From Pirellulales bacterium (GTDB lineage Bacteria > Planctomycetota > Planctomycetia > Pirellulales > JAICIG01), in the NCBI GenBank assembly GCA_025927475.1, contig JAICLL010000004.1, forward strand, positions 25,288 to 89,287: a stretch of DNA of 64,000 nucleotides, read 5' to 3'. A model generated the notes under the pieces. It made no database searches, had not been told where the DNA came from, and saw only the letters and a program-made list of their open reading frames with translations. Within the stretch, counting starts at the first letter, position 1. Every line of letters starts with the position of its first letter. Below, piece after piece: positions 38,399 through 47,133 of the stretch. The position numbers were made by a program, and so were the translations under genes.

Positions 38399-39214
38399 TC
38401 AGGTCACCTGGCGCTGAACGGTGACACCGCGATCATCGATGGGCAGAAGAACGTGATTGGGTGAAAACGGCGGCTGAGCAAGAGCGCGCTGCGTGCCGCG
38501 GCGGCGGGACCGGGAGTGCTCGCGGCGGGCGGGCTGCTCGCAAAGTTTATGCGTGCCCGCTTCGGCCCAGGCCTCGGCTTCCAGCGTCAGGCGATTGAGC
38601 AACCGCTCGGCCTCCAGCCGATAATGCTCCAGCCCGGAGCGATCGAGGTCGGGCGGCAAGTGCAGCGCGGGGCTGACCACGGCCCTCGCCCGTGAGCCGG
38701 GCCGCGGCAGCGCGAAACGGTCCCAACTGTTCACCCGCCACGGGCGGTCGTAGCCCAGCCCCAACAGCACCAGCGGCAGGCCCAACTTCGACGCCAGAAA
38801 GATCGGGCCGGGCGCGAGCACGCGGCGCGGTCCCTTCGGGCCGTCGGGCGTGATCGTCAGGTTCATGTGACGGCTCTTGGCGAACAATTCTCGCAAGGCC
38901 GCCACGCCGCCGCGGCGCGTCGAGCCGCGCACGCATTCAAAACCCAAGTGGTGCGCCGTGCGATTGAGAATCTCGGCGTCGCCGTGCCGACTCAGCAGCA
39001 TGGCCAGGTTGCAATTTCCGCGCATCACCAGCGGGAACAAAATGTATTCGTGCCAGAAGACATAAATCTTCTGGCCATGGCACTCGGGGTGGACCGGGTC
39101 GACCGTCGGATCGTAATAGGCGACGCGATAATCGAGCGTCGACATCCAGCCACGGATGGCCGTGGCGCCCAGCAAGCCGCCGAGTTTGACGAGAAAGGGA
39201 TGACGAAGTTTCAT
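38399..39214 (-). CDS. DUF374-type lysophospholipid acyltransferase-like protein
   Basis: Start at the internal MKLRHPFLVKLGG (ATG 39214). FWHEYILFPL, LLSRHGDAEIL, GSTRRGG and ITPDGPKGP match the DUF374 pattern. Confidence 0.75.
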   Translation of the reverse strand: MKLRHPFLVKLGGLLGATAIRGWMSTLDYRVAYYDPTVDPVHPECHGQKIYVFWHEYILFPLVMRGNCNLAMLLSRHGDAEILNRTAHHLGFECVRGSTRRGGVAALRELFAKSRHMNLTITPDGPKGPRRVLAPGPIFLASKLGLPLVLLGLGYDRPWRVNSWDRFALPRPGSRARAVVSPALHLPPDLDRSGLEHYRLEAERLLNRLTLEAEAWAEAGTHKLCEQPARREHSRSRRRGTQRALAQPPFSPNHVLLPIDDRGVTVQRQVT

Positions 39215-39233
39215 GCGGGCATCCTTGCCAAAT

Positions 39234-39285
39234 GTCGCCTTTCGCTCCGCGAAAGTAGCGCTACTTTCGCGGAGCGAAAGGCGAC
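39234..39285. repeat. 52-bp perfect palindrome
   Basis: GTCGCCTTTCGCTCCGCGAAAGTAGC|GCTACTTTCGCGGAGCGAAAGGCGAC, with no loop and no mismatch. It lies between the dapF stop and the DUF374 start. Confidence 0.95.
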
Positions 39286-39308
39286 GAAGCCGGCGGCAAC
39301 GGCCGGGG

Positions 39309-40142
39309 TTATGGATTCCAATCTCCTTCAAACACTTCAACCGCGGGGCCGGTCATATAGACGTGCCCGTTGGCGGCCCACTCCAACTCCAGATCGCCGC
39401 CGGGCAGGTGCGCCAATATCTTGCGATCTGTCTTTTTGGCCAGCACGCCGGCCACGCACACGGCGCTGGCGCCAGTGCCACAGGCCAGGGTTTCGCCCGA
39501 GCCGCGCTCCCAGACGCGCATTCGCACCTCGCGGGGCGAAATCACTTCCACAAACTCAGCATTCACGCGGCGCGGAAAGTGAGCATCGGTTTCGATCTGT
39601 GGTCCCACACTCAGCACCCACTCGTCCGACAGCGCCTCGACATAGGTAATGCAATGCGGGTTGCCCATCGAGACGCAAGTCACCTGCAAGTCGCGTCCGG
39701 CCACCGAGAGCGGTTGATTCACCACCGGATCGCCGGAGAGCGTCGTGGGGATTTCCGCGGCCTTCAAAATCGGCTGACCCATATCGACGCGCACGCGGTC
39801 AACGCGCCCCTCGGCGAACTCCAAATCGAGCGAGAGCACGCCGCGGCCGGTCTCGACCGCCATAGTGGTTTTGGGGCAGAGGCCATGATCGTAGGCATAC
39901 TTGGCCACGCAGCGGACGCCGTTGCCGCACATTTCGGCCTCCGAGCCGTCGGCGTTGAACATGCGCATCCGCACATCGGCCTTTTCCGAGCGGCAAATCA
40001 GAATCAGCCCGTCGCCGCCCACCCCAAAATGCCGATCGGCAATTTGGCGGGCCAGGGCGGCGGGGTCGCGGGGCATCGGTTCGGCGAAGCAATTGACATA
40101 GACATAGTCGTTGCCCGCCCCGTGCATTTTGGTGAATCGCAT
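39309..40142 (-). CDS. dapF: diaminopimelate epimerase
   Basis: [16 protein letters not shown]. Both catalytic Cys contexts are present: [13 protein letters not shown] and [13 protein letters not shown]. Confidence 0.95.
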   Translation of the reverse strand: MRFTKMHGAGNDYVYVNCFAEPMPRDPAALARQIADRHFGVGGDGLILICRSEKADVRMRMFNADGSEAEMCGNGVRCVAKYAYDHGLCPKTTMAVETGRGVLSLDLEFAEGRVDRVRVDMGQPILKAAEIPTTLSGDPVVNQPLSVAGRDLQVTCVSMGNPHCITYVEALSDEWVLSVGPQIETDAHFPRRVNAEFVEVISPREVRMRVWERGSGETLACGTGASAVCVAGVLAKKTDRKILAHLPGGDLELEWAANGHVYMTGPAVEVFEGDWNP

Positions 40143-40208
40143 AGTTTTTCGATTCTAAGGGAGTCAGGCTTTCTAGGCAAAGCCAGATCGGTACAATGGC
40201 CGCGTCAA

Positions 40209-40234
40209 GCCGGCCACAAGGGCCGGGGCTACCG
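40209..40234 (+). repeat. family 3 short hairpin motif GCCGGCCACAAGGGCCGGGGCTACCG
   Basis: Second copy of the motif at 33791-33816. It lies in the divergent spacer between dapF and the next + gene. Confidence 0.75.
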
Positions 40235-40271
40235 AAAGAATCCGAGCCACGAAATACCGCGCGCGGTCGAA

Positions 40272-40961
40272 ATGCACGAACCGCCTAACCAACAACGACC
40301 GCGCGAACCACTCGACCCGCCCAAAGCGCCGTCCCCGCCCGGATGGAGCGCGCCGGTCCGGGCGCTCGTCAGCCTGCTGGTGGCGGCGCACCTGTTGGCG
40401 CTGCTGGCGGGGCCGCTCTCGATGCCCCCCTCGATATTGGGCAATGTGCTGGGGCGGTGGTTCCGCCCGTACATCGAGGCCGCCTACCTCGATCACGCCT
40501 ACAAATTCTTCGGTCCCGACCCCGGCCCGAGCCACCGCCTGCGTTACGAGATGGAAATGCCCGATGGCTCGCGGCGCGAAGGCGTTTTCCCCGATGCCCA
40601 GCAGCACTGGCCGCGGCTGTGGTACCATCGGCATTTCGTGCTTGGCGAGTTTCTCAACACGCTGCCCCACGCCGACGACGATCTGAACGACCCGCGGCTG
40701 TTTGCGCGCCGGCTGCCGTTTCCCGGCGCGCAACGCGATTTTGCCCGATCTTATGCTCGGCACTTGCTCCACCAATATGGCGGCAGGCGCGTGACGCTTT
40801 ATGTGATCGAGCATGCCATTCCGCGGCCCGAGTTGGTGCGCGAGGGCGTGGCCCTGGACGACCCGCGGTTGGACAGCGAATATCGGCTCGGCCCCTTCAG
40901 CCGGCCCCGGGCCTGGGGACCGCTCGATGCGGCAGACGGCGGGCGAAAGGACGAGCCATGA
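40272..40961 (+). CDS. hypothetical membrane-anchored protein coupled to the HTTM gene
   Basis: C-terminal 229 codons of track ORF 39213..40961, starting at ATG 40272 (MHEPPNQQ). One TM (VRALVSLLVAAHLLALLAG). Motifs YLDHAYKFFGPDPGPSH and WPRLWYHRHFVLGEF. ATGA overlap with the next gene. Confidence 0.6.
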   Translation: MHEPPNQQRPREPLDPPKAPSPPGWSAPVRALVSLLVAAHLLALLAGPLSMPPSILGNVLGRWFRPYIEAAYLDHAYKFFGPDPGPSHRLRYEMEMPDGSRREGVFPDAQQHWPRLWYHRHFVLGEFLNTLPHADDDLNDPRLFARRLPFPGAQRDFARSYARHLLHQYGGRRVTLYVIEHAIPRPELVREGVALDDPRLDSEYRLGPFSRPRAWGPLDAADGGRKDEP

Positions 40962-41938
40962 CCTTTTTGGCACGCTACGTGCGCGAATTGGCCGCCGATG
41001 CGGCGCGAGGCTGGAACCGGTTCTGGTTCACGCCGGCCGACCCGGCCACACTGGCACTGATCCGACTGTTTACCGGCGTCTTGCTGCTTTACACCCACGC
41101 CGTTTGGACACTGGGGCTCGACGAGTTTTTCGGCCAGCACAGTTGGGCCAACCGTGAGGCCGTCGATACGCTGATTCCCCACGACGCCAATGGCCAGCCA
41201 ATCACGAGCTACGCCTGGAGCTACTTTTGGTGGATCGATTCGTTGCCCCCGCCTTGGTCAGGCCGAATGCTTTGGCTGGCCCATGCGGCGGCGCTCGTGG
41301 TGTTCGCATCGCTCGCGCTGGGTTTTTTCAGCCGGTCAGCCGCGCTGCTAGCTTATCTGGCGGCAGTCTCGTATATCCACCGCGTGCGGCCCACCGAGTT
41401 CGGCCTCGACCAGGTCAATTGCATGCTGGCCATGTATCTGTGGATCGGCCCCTGCGGCGGCGCCTGGTCGCTCGACCGGCTTTGGGCCGCCTGGTGGCAT
41501 CGACGGCGCACCGGGCAGCCGCTGCCCGAGGCCGCGCCGTCCGTCGGCGCAAACCTGGCGATTCGCTTGCTGCAACTGCACCTGTGCGTGGTCTACCTGT
41601 TCTCGGCGCTGGGCAAACTGCAAGGCGTCACCTGGTGGTCGGGCCAAGCGCTGTGGTATGTCTTGGCAAATCCTGAGTACCACGCCTTCGACATCGAATG
41701 GCTGGCTCGTTGGCCAGTGCTCGCGGCGCTGCTTACTCAGATCGTTCTCTACTGGGAGCTATTCTTCTGCACCTTGATCTGGTGGCCGCGGCTGCGACCG
41801 CTGGTGTTGGCTGCCGCCGTGCCGCTGCACTTGGGCATCGCTTTCGGTTTGCGCATTCTTCCGTTCGGGTTGGGCATGTTGATCGCATGCCTGGCGTTCG
41901 TTCCGCCCGCGCTCGTCCGGCGCATGCTGAAGCGGTAA
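40958..41938 (+). CDS. HTTM-domain (vitamin-K gamma-carboxylase-like) polytopic membrane protein
   Basis: In the frame of track ORF 40343..41938, starting at MTFLARYVRELAADAARGWNRFWFTPADPATLALIRLFTGVLLLY. This is the typical HTTM N-terminus. About 8 TM segments. Confidence 0.7.
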   Translation: MTFLARYVRELAADAARGWNRFWFTPADPATLALIRLFTGVLLLYTHAVWTLGLDEFFGQHSWANREAVDTLIPHDANGQPITSYAWSYFWWIDSLPPPWSGRMLWLAHAAALVVFASLALGFFSRSAALLAYLAAVSYIHRVRPTEFGLDQVNCMLAMYLWIGPCGGAWSLDRLWAAWWHRRRTGQPLPEAAPSVGANLAIRLLQLHLCVVYLFSALGKLQGVTWWSGQALWYVLANPEYHAFDIEWLARWPVLAALLTQIVLYWELFFCTLIWWPRLRPLVLAAAVPLHLGIAFGLRILPFGLGMLIACLAFVPPALVRRMLKR

Positions 41939-42225
41939 AAACGGAGTGTCCGGGCGATTCGGGAGAAACACGCAAGGTCGGGAAGCAGGCTCAATAATAC
42001 CCGCTCGACGTGACATGACAGCAATGCCGAGATTTCCGCAAGTCTTCTATATCAAAGGATTAAGCGGCTTTCGCGGCGGTGGCATACGACACCGTGTAAC
42101 CACTTTAGGCGGTGCGGCAAGGGACGGTTTCTCATGACCTTCCGGTCTCTTCACGCAGTATAGTTATGATGGAAACCGAAGGGGCCGATTTGGACTTGCG
42201 ATGCTCGGCATATTAGGCAAACCTT

Positions 42226-43224
42226 ATGGCCATCGTGCGACTCACTGAACGTCCTCTTTGGAGTAACGGCATGGACGCCGCGTCCCATTCGAGTATCAAG
42301 ATCCGCTTCGGTCGTGGGGCTTGGTTGCTGGCTGCGGCGGTTGCGTGTGCAAGCGTGATGCGCCTCGCGACGGGTTTCGCTGAAGAGCCAGCACCAGCCG
42401 AATCGCCCACCGCCGGCAAGCTGGTCATCTGCGGGGGCGGTCGGCTGCCCGAAAAACTGCGCCAACGGTTTATCGAGTTGGCCGGCGGCAGCCAGGCGCA
42501 TGTGGTGGTGGTCACCACCGCCAGTGTCTATGCCGACACCGACAAGATGGAGGCCAAGCTGGCGTTTTGGCGCGCACAGAAGGTGGCTTCATTGACCATC
42601 CTGCACACACGATCGCGGCAGACGGCCGATGAATCTCAGTTTGCTCAGCCTCTGACGTCGGCGACCGGCGTGTGGTTTGTCGGCGGCAATCAGAGCTGGC
42701 TCACCGAGACCTATCTGGGCACCGCCACCGAGCGGCAGATTCATGCGGTGCTGGCGCGGGGAGGCGTCGTGGGAGGCACGTCGGCCGGTGCGGCGATCAT
42801 GTCGCCCGTCATGATCCGGCGAGACCGGCCTGAGTTGGAGACCGGTCCCGGCTTTGGCTTTTTGCCGGGCACGGTAGTTGACCAGCATTTTATCAAGCGA
42901 AACCGGCAAGGCCGGCTGATGAAAGTGCTCGACGCGCATCGCGAGCTGGTGGGCTTTGGCATCGACGAGGGAACGGCCCTGGTGGTGGAGGGCAACCGGC
43001 TGAGCGTGGTGGGCGAGTCGTCGGTGGTGGTGTGCACGTCGGCCTCCACCGAGCGTCCCGCGGCGGTGCAATCGCTGGCCGCCGGCCAAGAGGCCGATCT
43101 GGGACAGTTGCGCACGGCCCTGGCCGCCCACATTTCCGTGCCACCGCGCGACGCGGCTCCGCCGATCGCCGAGGCGGGCGACGCCACTTCGACCGCCAAG
43201 CCGGAAACCACGGCGGGACAATAG
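42226..43224 (+). CDS. secreted cyanophycinase-like peptidase (S51 family)
   Basis: LVICGGGRLP, VWFVGGNQSWL, GGTSAGAAIMS (nucleophile Ser context) and DQHFIKRNRQGRL. Signal-like AWLLAAAVACASV. An alternative start is Met16 (42271). Confidence 0.75.
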   Translation: MAIVRLTERPLWSNGMDAASHSSIKIRFGRGAWLLAAAVACASVMRLATGFAEEPAPAESPTAGKLVICGGGRLPEKLRQRFIELAGGSQAHVVVVTTASVYADTDKMEAKLAFWRAQKVASLTILHTRSRQTADESQFAQPLTSATGVWFVGGNQSWLTETYLGTATERQIHAVLARGGVVGGTSAGAAIMSPVMIRRDRPELETGPGFGFLPGTVVDQHFIKRNRQGRLMKVLDAHRELVGFGIDEGTALVVEGNRLSVVGESSVVVCTSASTERPAAVQSLAAGQEADLGQLRTALAAHISVPPRDAAPPIAEAGDATSTAKPETTAGQ

Positions 43225-43315
43225 CCGTAAAGCGGGCCAAGCGCTCTATGTTGGTCTACCCGCATCTTACCAGGCCAAGTGGCTTGGTCGGCTTTCCGCG
43301 GTATTCAGCCAACGA

Positions 43316-44395
43316 CTACGCCGTGGCTATCGGTTCGAGAATAATCGTAAAGTATTGTCCCGAATCGAGCATGCGGGCGATGGTCTGGTCGTACGAGACG
43401 CCCGACTGCAAGCCGGCGAAGTACGAATCGACCGCCGCGGCGCTCAGCCGACCTTGGAAGTAAAGGTTGTCCCAACCGTTGCCGGTCAGGTCGGCCAGCG
43501 CGTAGGCGCCGACGGCGGGCGTGCCCGGCGCGCCCACCGAGCCAGCCGCGCCCGGATAGTCGGCGTTGAGCAGCTTGTGGTCCACTTCGGGGGTGCTCAG
43601 GAAAGCGGAGGCGACAGCAGCTCGCCCGCTTTGGTTGTTTTGCGCCATGACCTGTTGCGTCCAATAGGCGAGGCCGCCGGCGTCGGCAGCGCGTCCCAGA
43701 ACGTCGCGGTACAGGGCCTCGACCCAGCTTTGCCCCTGTGCGGGGCGGACGGAAAGATTATCCACCCGCAACGTGTCCTGAAAGTACTCGTCGGAACCGA
43801 TGATGCCGATCAGCACGTCCTTTTCGTCGACTCCCGCGGCCAATTGGCCTGTCCAAAACGCCAAGCCCGCGGAGTCGGCCGCGCGGTGCAGAAAGTTGCC
43901 GTAGATGACTTCGACCAGGTGCTGGCGATATTCGGGCGTGCTCAGGAATCCGGCCACGACGGTTTGCTGCGCAGCCGCGGGGCCAGCCGTAGCCGAGACT
44001 TGATTGTAGAAACTCACCCACGCGGCCTGCTCTTGCGCACCGGGCTCGCGCCCCAGCAGTTCACGATAAAGGTTATGGACCAACGTAGCGGCCGTGCTGT
44101 CGGCCGTCTGGCCGTTGAGATACGCGTCGCTCTGCGGCGAAACGAACTGCAGCGCGGTGAGCGTCACTCGGTCGTTGGCGTAGCTGATCGTAAAGTTCTG
44201 TGTTCCATCGCTCACGGTGCTGCCTTCCGCCAGGCCGGAGAAGGTTGTCGTAATCGGCGCGCCGGCCTGGACAATCACAAACTGCTGTCCGGCGTTGAAG
44301 GGCCCTGCGCCTGGCAGCGCGGTCAAGTCGAGCGTTGCCGGCTCCAACGAGACCGTGCCCGTGTAAGGAAGATCGCGCGCTGAACCGGCAGGCAA
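43316..44395 (-). CDS. DUF4214 repeat protein, apparently 5'-truncated
   Basis: Three DUF4214 units (LYRELLGREPGAQEQAAWV, FLHRAADSAGLAFWTGQL, LYRDVLGRAADAGGLAYWTQQV). There is no ATG and no signal peptide. The frame opens only 9 nt upstream of a TTG, next to a REP fragment. Confidence 0.6.
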   Translation of the reverse strand: MPAGSARDLPYTGTVSLEPATLDLTALPGAGPFNAGQQFVIVQAGAPITTTFSGLAEGSTVSDGTQNFTISYANDRVTLTALQFVSPQSDAYLNGQTADSTAATLVHNLYRELLGREPGAQEQAAWVSFYNQVSATAGPAAAQQTVVAGFLSTPEYRQHLVEVIYGNFLHRAADSAGLAFWTGQLAAGVDEKDVLIGIIGSDEYFQDTLRVDNLSVRPAQGQSWVEALYRDVLGRAADAGGLAYWTQQVMAQNNQSGRAAVASAFLSTPEVDHKLLNADYPGAAGSVGAPGTPAVGAYALADLTGNGWDNLYFQGRLSAAAVDSYFAGLQSGVSYDQTIARMLDSGQYFTIILEPIATA

Positions 44396-44411
44396 TCGTA
44401 GGCTTTAGGCA

Positions 44412-44433
44412 GTAGGGTGGACCGAGCGCCGCG
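44412..44433 (-). repeat. partial REP-like family 1 unit
   Basis: GTAGGGTGGACCGAGCGCCGCG. The distal half of the unit is absent. Confidence 0.6.
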
Positions 44434-44606
44434 TTAGTTCCATCCTCGCCAGTGTTGAACGAAGGCAGCCAAGCCACCGCAGGCGAACATCGTTAGGGCA
44501 GCCCAATGCCCTTGCGCGTTAGGGTGTCACTGCTGGTGTACGCGTTCACGGCCCATGAGGCACAACCGCCAGCCACAATACCTGGGGCAGTTTGGTCATT
44601 CGTCAC

Positions 44607-44828
44607 TCAAGCGGCGAGATCGATGCCGAACTCGGCCAGGATGTCTACGGCGGCACGGCGGAGGGCCGCCTTGAAGTCTTCTTCGGTTACACGATCGCGA
44701 TGCTCGGCGAGGGCGCGTTCGACCGCCCGCTCTCGCAGGCGCTTCGACAGGCGGTCGCGCACTTCGTCGCGGAATTCCAGCGACTCGGGAGAAAACACCA
44801 GCCGGTCTGCGGGTTCGTTGGTAGCCAT
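44607..44828 (-). CDS. small helical protein (possible histone-fold/DUF1931-like)
   Basis: 73 aa, ATG start. LSKRLRERAVERALAEHRDRVTEEDFKAALRRA resembles the alpha2-L2-alpha3 segment of histone-fold proteins. The assignment is weak and from memory. Confidence 0.4.
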   Translation of the reverse strand: MATNEPADRLVFSPESLEFRDEVRDRLSKRLRERAVERALAEHRDRVTEEDFKAALRRAAVDILAEFGIDLAA

Positions 44829-44887
44829 ACTGCCATGATAAGGCCGGCGCGGTGCAGCATCAATCTGAGCGGAGGAGAGCTAGGCCA

Positions 44888-45070
44888 CTTCTGGCGGCAA
44901 CACGACGCGGCAACAATCCTGCGGCAAAAGGTGGGACTCGCTGCGCTCGGCCCACCCTACGCTGCCGGGTTGCGCAATCGTCGCGCGTTGGCATTGCAAA
45001 TCCGGTTGAGTTGCTCGCCCGTCAACTCAGTCTCTTGCAACTTGAGTTCGCAGACTCGAAATGAAACAAC
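44888..45070 (+). repeat. direct repeat copy L1 (REP family 1 unit plus a pseudo 3' end of the amidohydrolase gene)
   Basis: About 88% identical by eye over 183 nt to 46232-46415. It includes the REP unit 44926-44960 and a fragment encoding LKLQETELTGEQLNRICNANARRLR on the minus strand. Confidence 0.85.
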
Positions 45071-45245
45071 CAAACCGCGGAGTACGACCGACATTCCGCG
45101 GCCAGGCGGTTCAATCCTCGACTTTGATTTCAAGCTCAGAATCGGCGAAATCAATGAGCATGAGGCCGGGTAGGCTGACGGTCACTTTGGCACGTCCGTG
45201 GACGGCTTCATTGGGGACCCGCACGGGGCCCGCAAATTCGTAATA

Positions 45246-45986
45246 TCAGCAGCGGTGATCGAGGGTCGCCTCAGTGCGCAACGGCGCTCCGTCGGCGGTC
45301 GGCCACTCGATGCTAAGTTGCGGATGAAGTTTTTCCGGCACCGCCTCGTAGCCGACGAACGCGAACGAGCGCTCGCCAACGCCGGGCGTGCCGAAACAAA
45401 GGTGAATCTCTTGCGACTTCTTCGTGCGGCTGACCGCCCCGCCCCGGAGTGGCCGGCACATGACGGGCGCGCCGAATTGAATGACGCGCGCGTCCTCGCG
45501 CCGTCGCTCGAATATTTCCGCCCAGCCCGCATATTGCCGCAACGCGTCGTTGACCCAAAGCGAAACGACGTAGCACGCCGGAGCATCGCCGATCCGGTAG
45601 GCGTTGACCTCGAACCGCGTGTGCTTCGCGCCGCTCCCGGCGGGTTCGAGATCGCCGATCTGATACTCCCAATCGTGGTAGCCGCCACTGGAATTCTCGA
45701 TATCGCGGCGGTTTTGCGGCTCGAACTTTTCGCGCGCCTCGGTGAGATCGCCATTGCCGTTTCGATCGACGAAGAGCGTCTCGCCGTCGAGCACCAACCA
45801 AACTTTGCCGGCTGCCTGGGGACCAAACACCAAAAGGCAATACCCCGGCTGGTTCTCGTAGGCCGGCTCGCGCTCGATGCGGCGGTCTGCCTTTGCCAGA
45901 TCGGTGGGCGCAGCCGAGAGCAGCGACGCGGTAAAGAAAAAAGATACAAACACCGTCAGACGGGTCGCGAGCCGAAGCTTGGGCAT
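45246..45986 (-). CDS. secreted hypothetical protein
   Basis: 246 aa. Signal peptide MPKLRLATRLTVFVSFFFTASLLSA. No recognised motif. It ends in HRC. Two overlapping same-strand shadow ORFs are ignored. Confidence 0.6.
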   Translation of the reverse strand: MPKLRLATRLTVFVSFFFTASLLSAAPTDLAKADRRIEREPAYENQPGYCLLVFGPQAAGKVWLVLDGETLFVDRNGNGDLTEAREKFEPQNRRDIENSSGGYHDWEYQIGDLEPAGSGAKHTRFEVNAYRIGDAPACYVVSLWVNDALRQYAGWAEIFERRREDARVIQFGAPVMCRPLRGGAVSRTKKSQEIHLCFGTPGVGERSFAFVGYEAVPEKLHPQLSIEWPTADGAPLRTEATLDHRC

Positions 45987-46201
45987 GGCGTGAGCCTCCA
46001 GGCGAAGTTATGGAACGACCGATCGTAGGATCCCGGCGCAAGCGCAAACGAAGTCCTCGTGTTTCGACTTCATTTAATCTAGAGACCGGTGCCGCGAAGC
46101 ACTAGCCCCTGTTCGGCATGTGGGCCAGCCGCCCTCGGTTGGTTCCACGACGCCGACTGGCGTCCGCGACGCACATCCGAGCGCGGCTGCGCCACAGGAC
46201 C

Positions 46202-46231
46202 GTAGGGCGGATCGAGCGCAGCGAGTCCCAT
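46202..46231 (-). repeat. REP-like family 1 unit (reverse)
   Basis: GTAGGGCGGATCGAGCGCAGCGAGTCCCAT forms an inverted pair with the forward unit at 46270-46304. Confidence 0.8.
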
Positions 46232-46415
46232 CTTCTGGCGGCAATGCGGCGCGGCAACAATCATGCGGCAAAAGGTGGGACTCGCTGCGCTCGGCGCACG
46301 CTACGCCTATGATTCGCGCAACCGTCGCGCGTTGGCATTGCAAATCCGGTTGAGCTGCTCGCCCGTCAATTCCGACTCTTGCAACTTGAGCTTCGCCGAA
46401 TCGAAATAAAACAAC
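46232..46415 (+). repeat. direct repeat copy L2 (REP family 1 unit plus the genuine 3' end of CDS 46307..47083)
   Basis: Partner of 44888-45070. Confidence 0.85.
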
Positions 46416-47083
46416 GGCGAGGCCGAACCAAACAACACGCGGTCGAGCGTCACACGCTCAATGAGTTTCGCCACGCCGCCGACGCCTTCCTGCGTGGCAA
46501 TTTCAAAATACACCTGCCCCGCCGCGGCCAGCCGTTCCATGACGTCGGGCTTGGTCACGCCCGGCGCGCCCAAGAGCACCAGCCGCAAGTCGGGCAGGCG
46601 GCGAACCAACTCGACCAGCGGCGCGGCATCGACCGGCGCCGCCCGCAACAGCGGATGCTGCGTCCGCTGATCTTCCAGCGACACCACTAGTTCGACCAGC
46701 AAGCCGCGCTTCGCCGCTTCGGCCAGCAGCGCCGCGAACCCGGGCTCATCGAGTCGGTAGCCGTGATAGCCGGGCGCCAGCCGAATGCCCGGCATGCGAT
46801 GCTCTTCGTGACAGCGCCGCAGGTCTTCTTGCCAGTCGGGCAGCCGCGGGTTAATCGTGCCGAACGGCGCCAGCAAGTTGGCGGCGGTCTCGCGGCATTC
46901 GCTTTTCAGCCGCTCGTTCACCGCAGCGAGATCGCGATGCAGCAAACCATCGAAACTGCCGACCCAGGCCTCGACCACGCCGTGACGGCGGAGCACGGCC
47001 GCCAGCGCCTCCGGTTCATCGTGCGGCAAGCGGCGGAAAGGCCAGCGCGAGAGCCAGACGTTGGCATCAACGATATCACTCAT
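46307..47083 (-). CDS. amidohydrolase-2-like TIM-barrel protein
   Basis: 258 aa. VDANVWLSRWPF, MPGIRLAPGYHGY, VLFGSASPLFY and the C-terminal LTGEQLNRICNANARRL are typical of the PF04909-like family. Confidence 0.7.
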   Translation of the reverse strand: MSDIVDANVWLSRWPFRRLPHDEPEALAAVLRRHGVVEAWVGSFDGLLHRDLAAVNERLKSECRETAANLLAPFGTINPRLPDWQEDLRRCHEEHRMPGIRLAPGYHGYRLDEPGFAALLAEAAKRGLLVELVVSLEDQRTQHPLLRAAPVDAAPLVELVRRLPDLRLVLLGAPGVTKPDVMERLAAAGQVYFEIATQEGVGGVAKLIERVTLDRVLFGSASPLFYFDSAKLKLQESELTGEQLNRICNANARRLRES

Positions 47084-47133
47084 GCGCGGATGCTCGGAAA
47101 GAGGTTCTGGAGCCGGCTGGACCGGCGCCCTGA

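Noticed and set aside
39213-40961. 582-aa + ORF spanning dapF and the following gene
   Set aside because: The first about 350 codons are antisense to dapF and run through the 52-bp palindrome. Only the part from ATG 40272 looks like a real protein.
44888-46415. Direct repeats as insertion sequence or transposon ends
   Set aside because: No transposase, integrase or terminal inverted repeats are present. The repeats are 183 bp, far longer than target-site duplications, and include a gene fragment, so a recombination or duplication scar is more likely.
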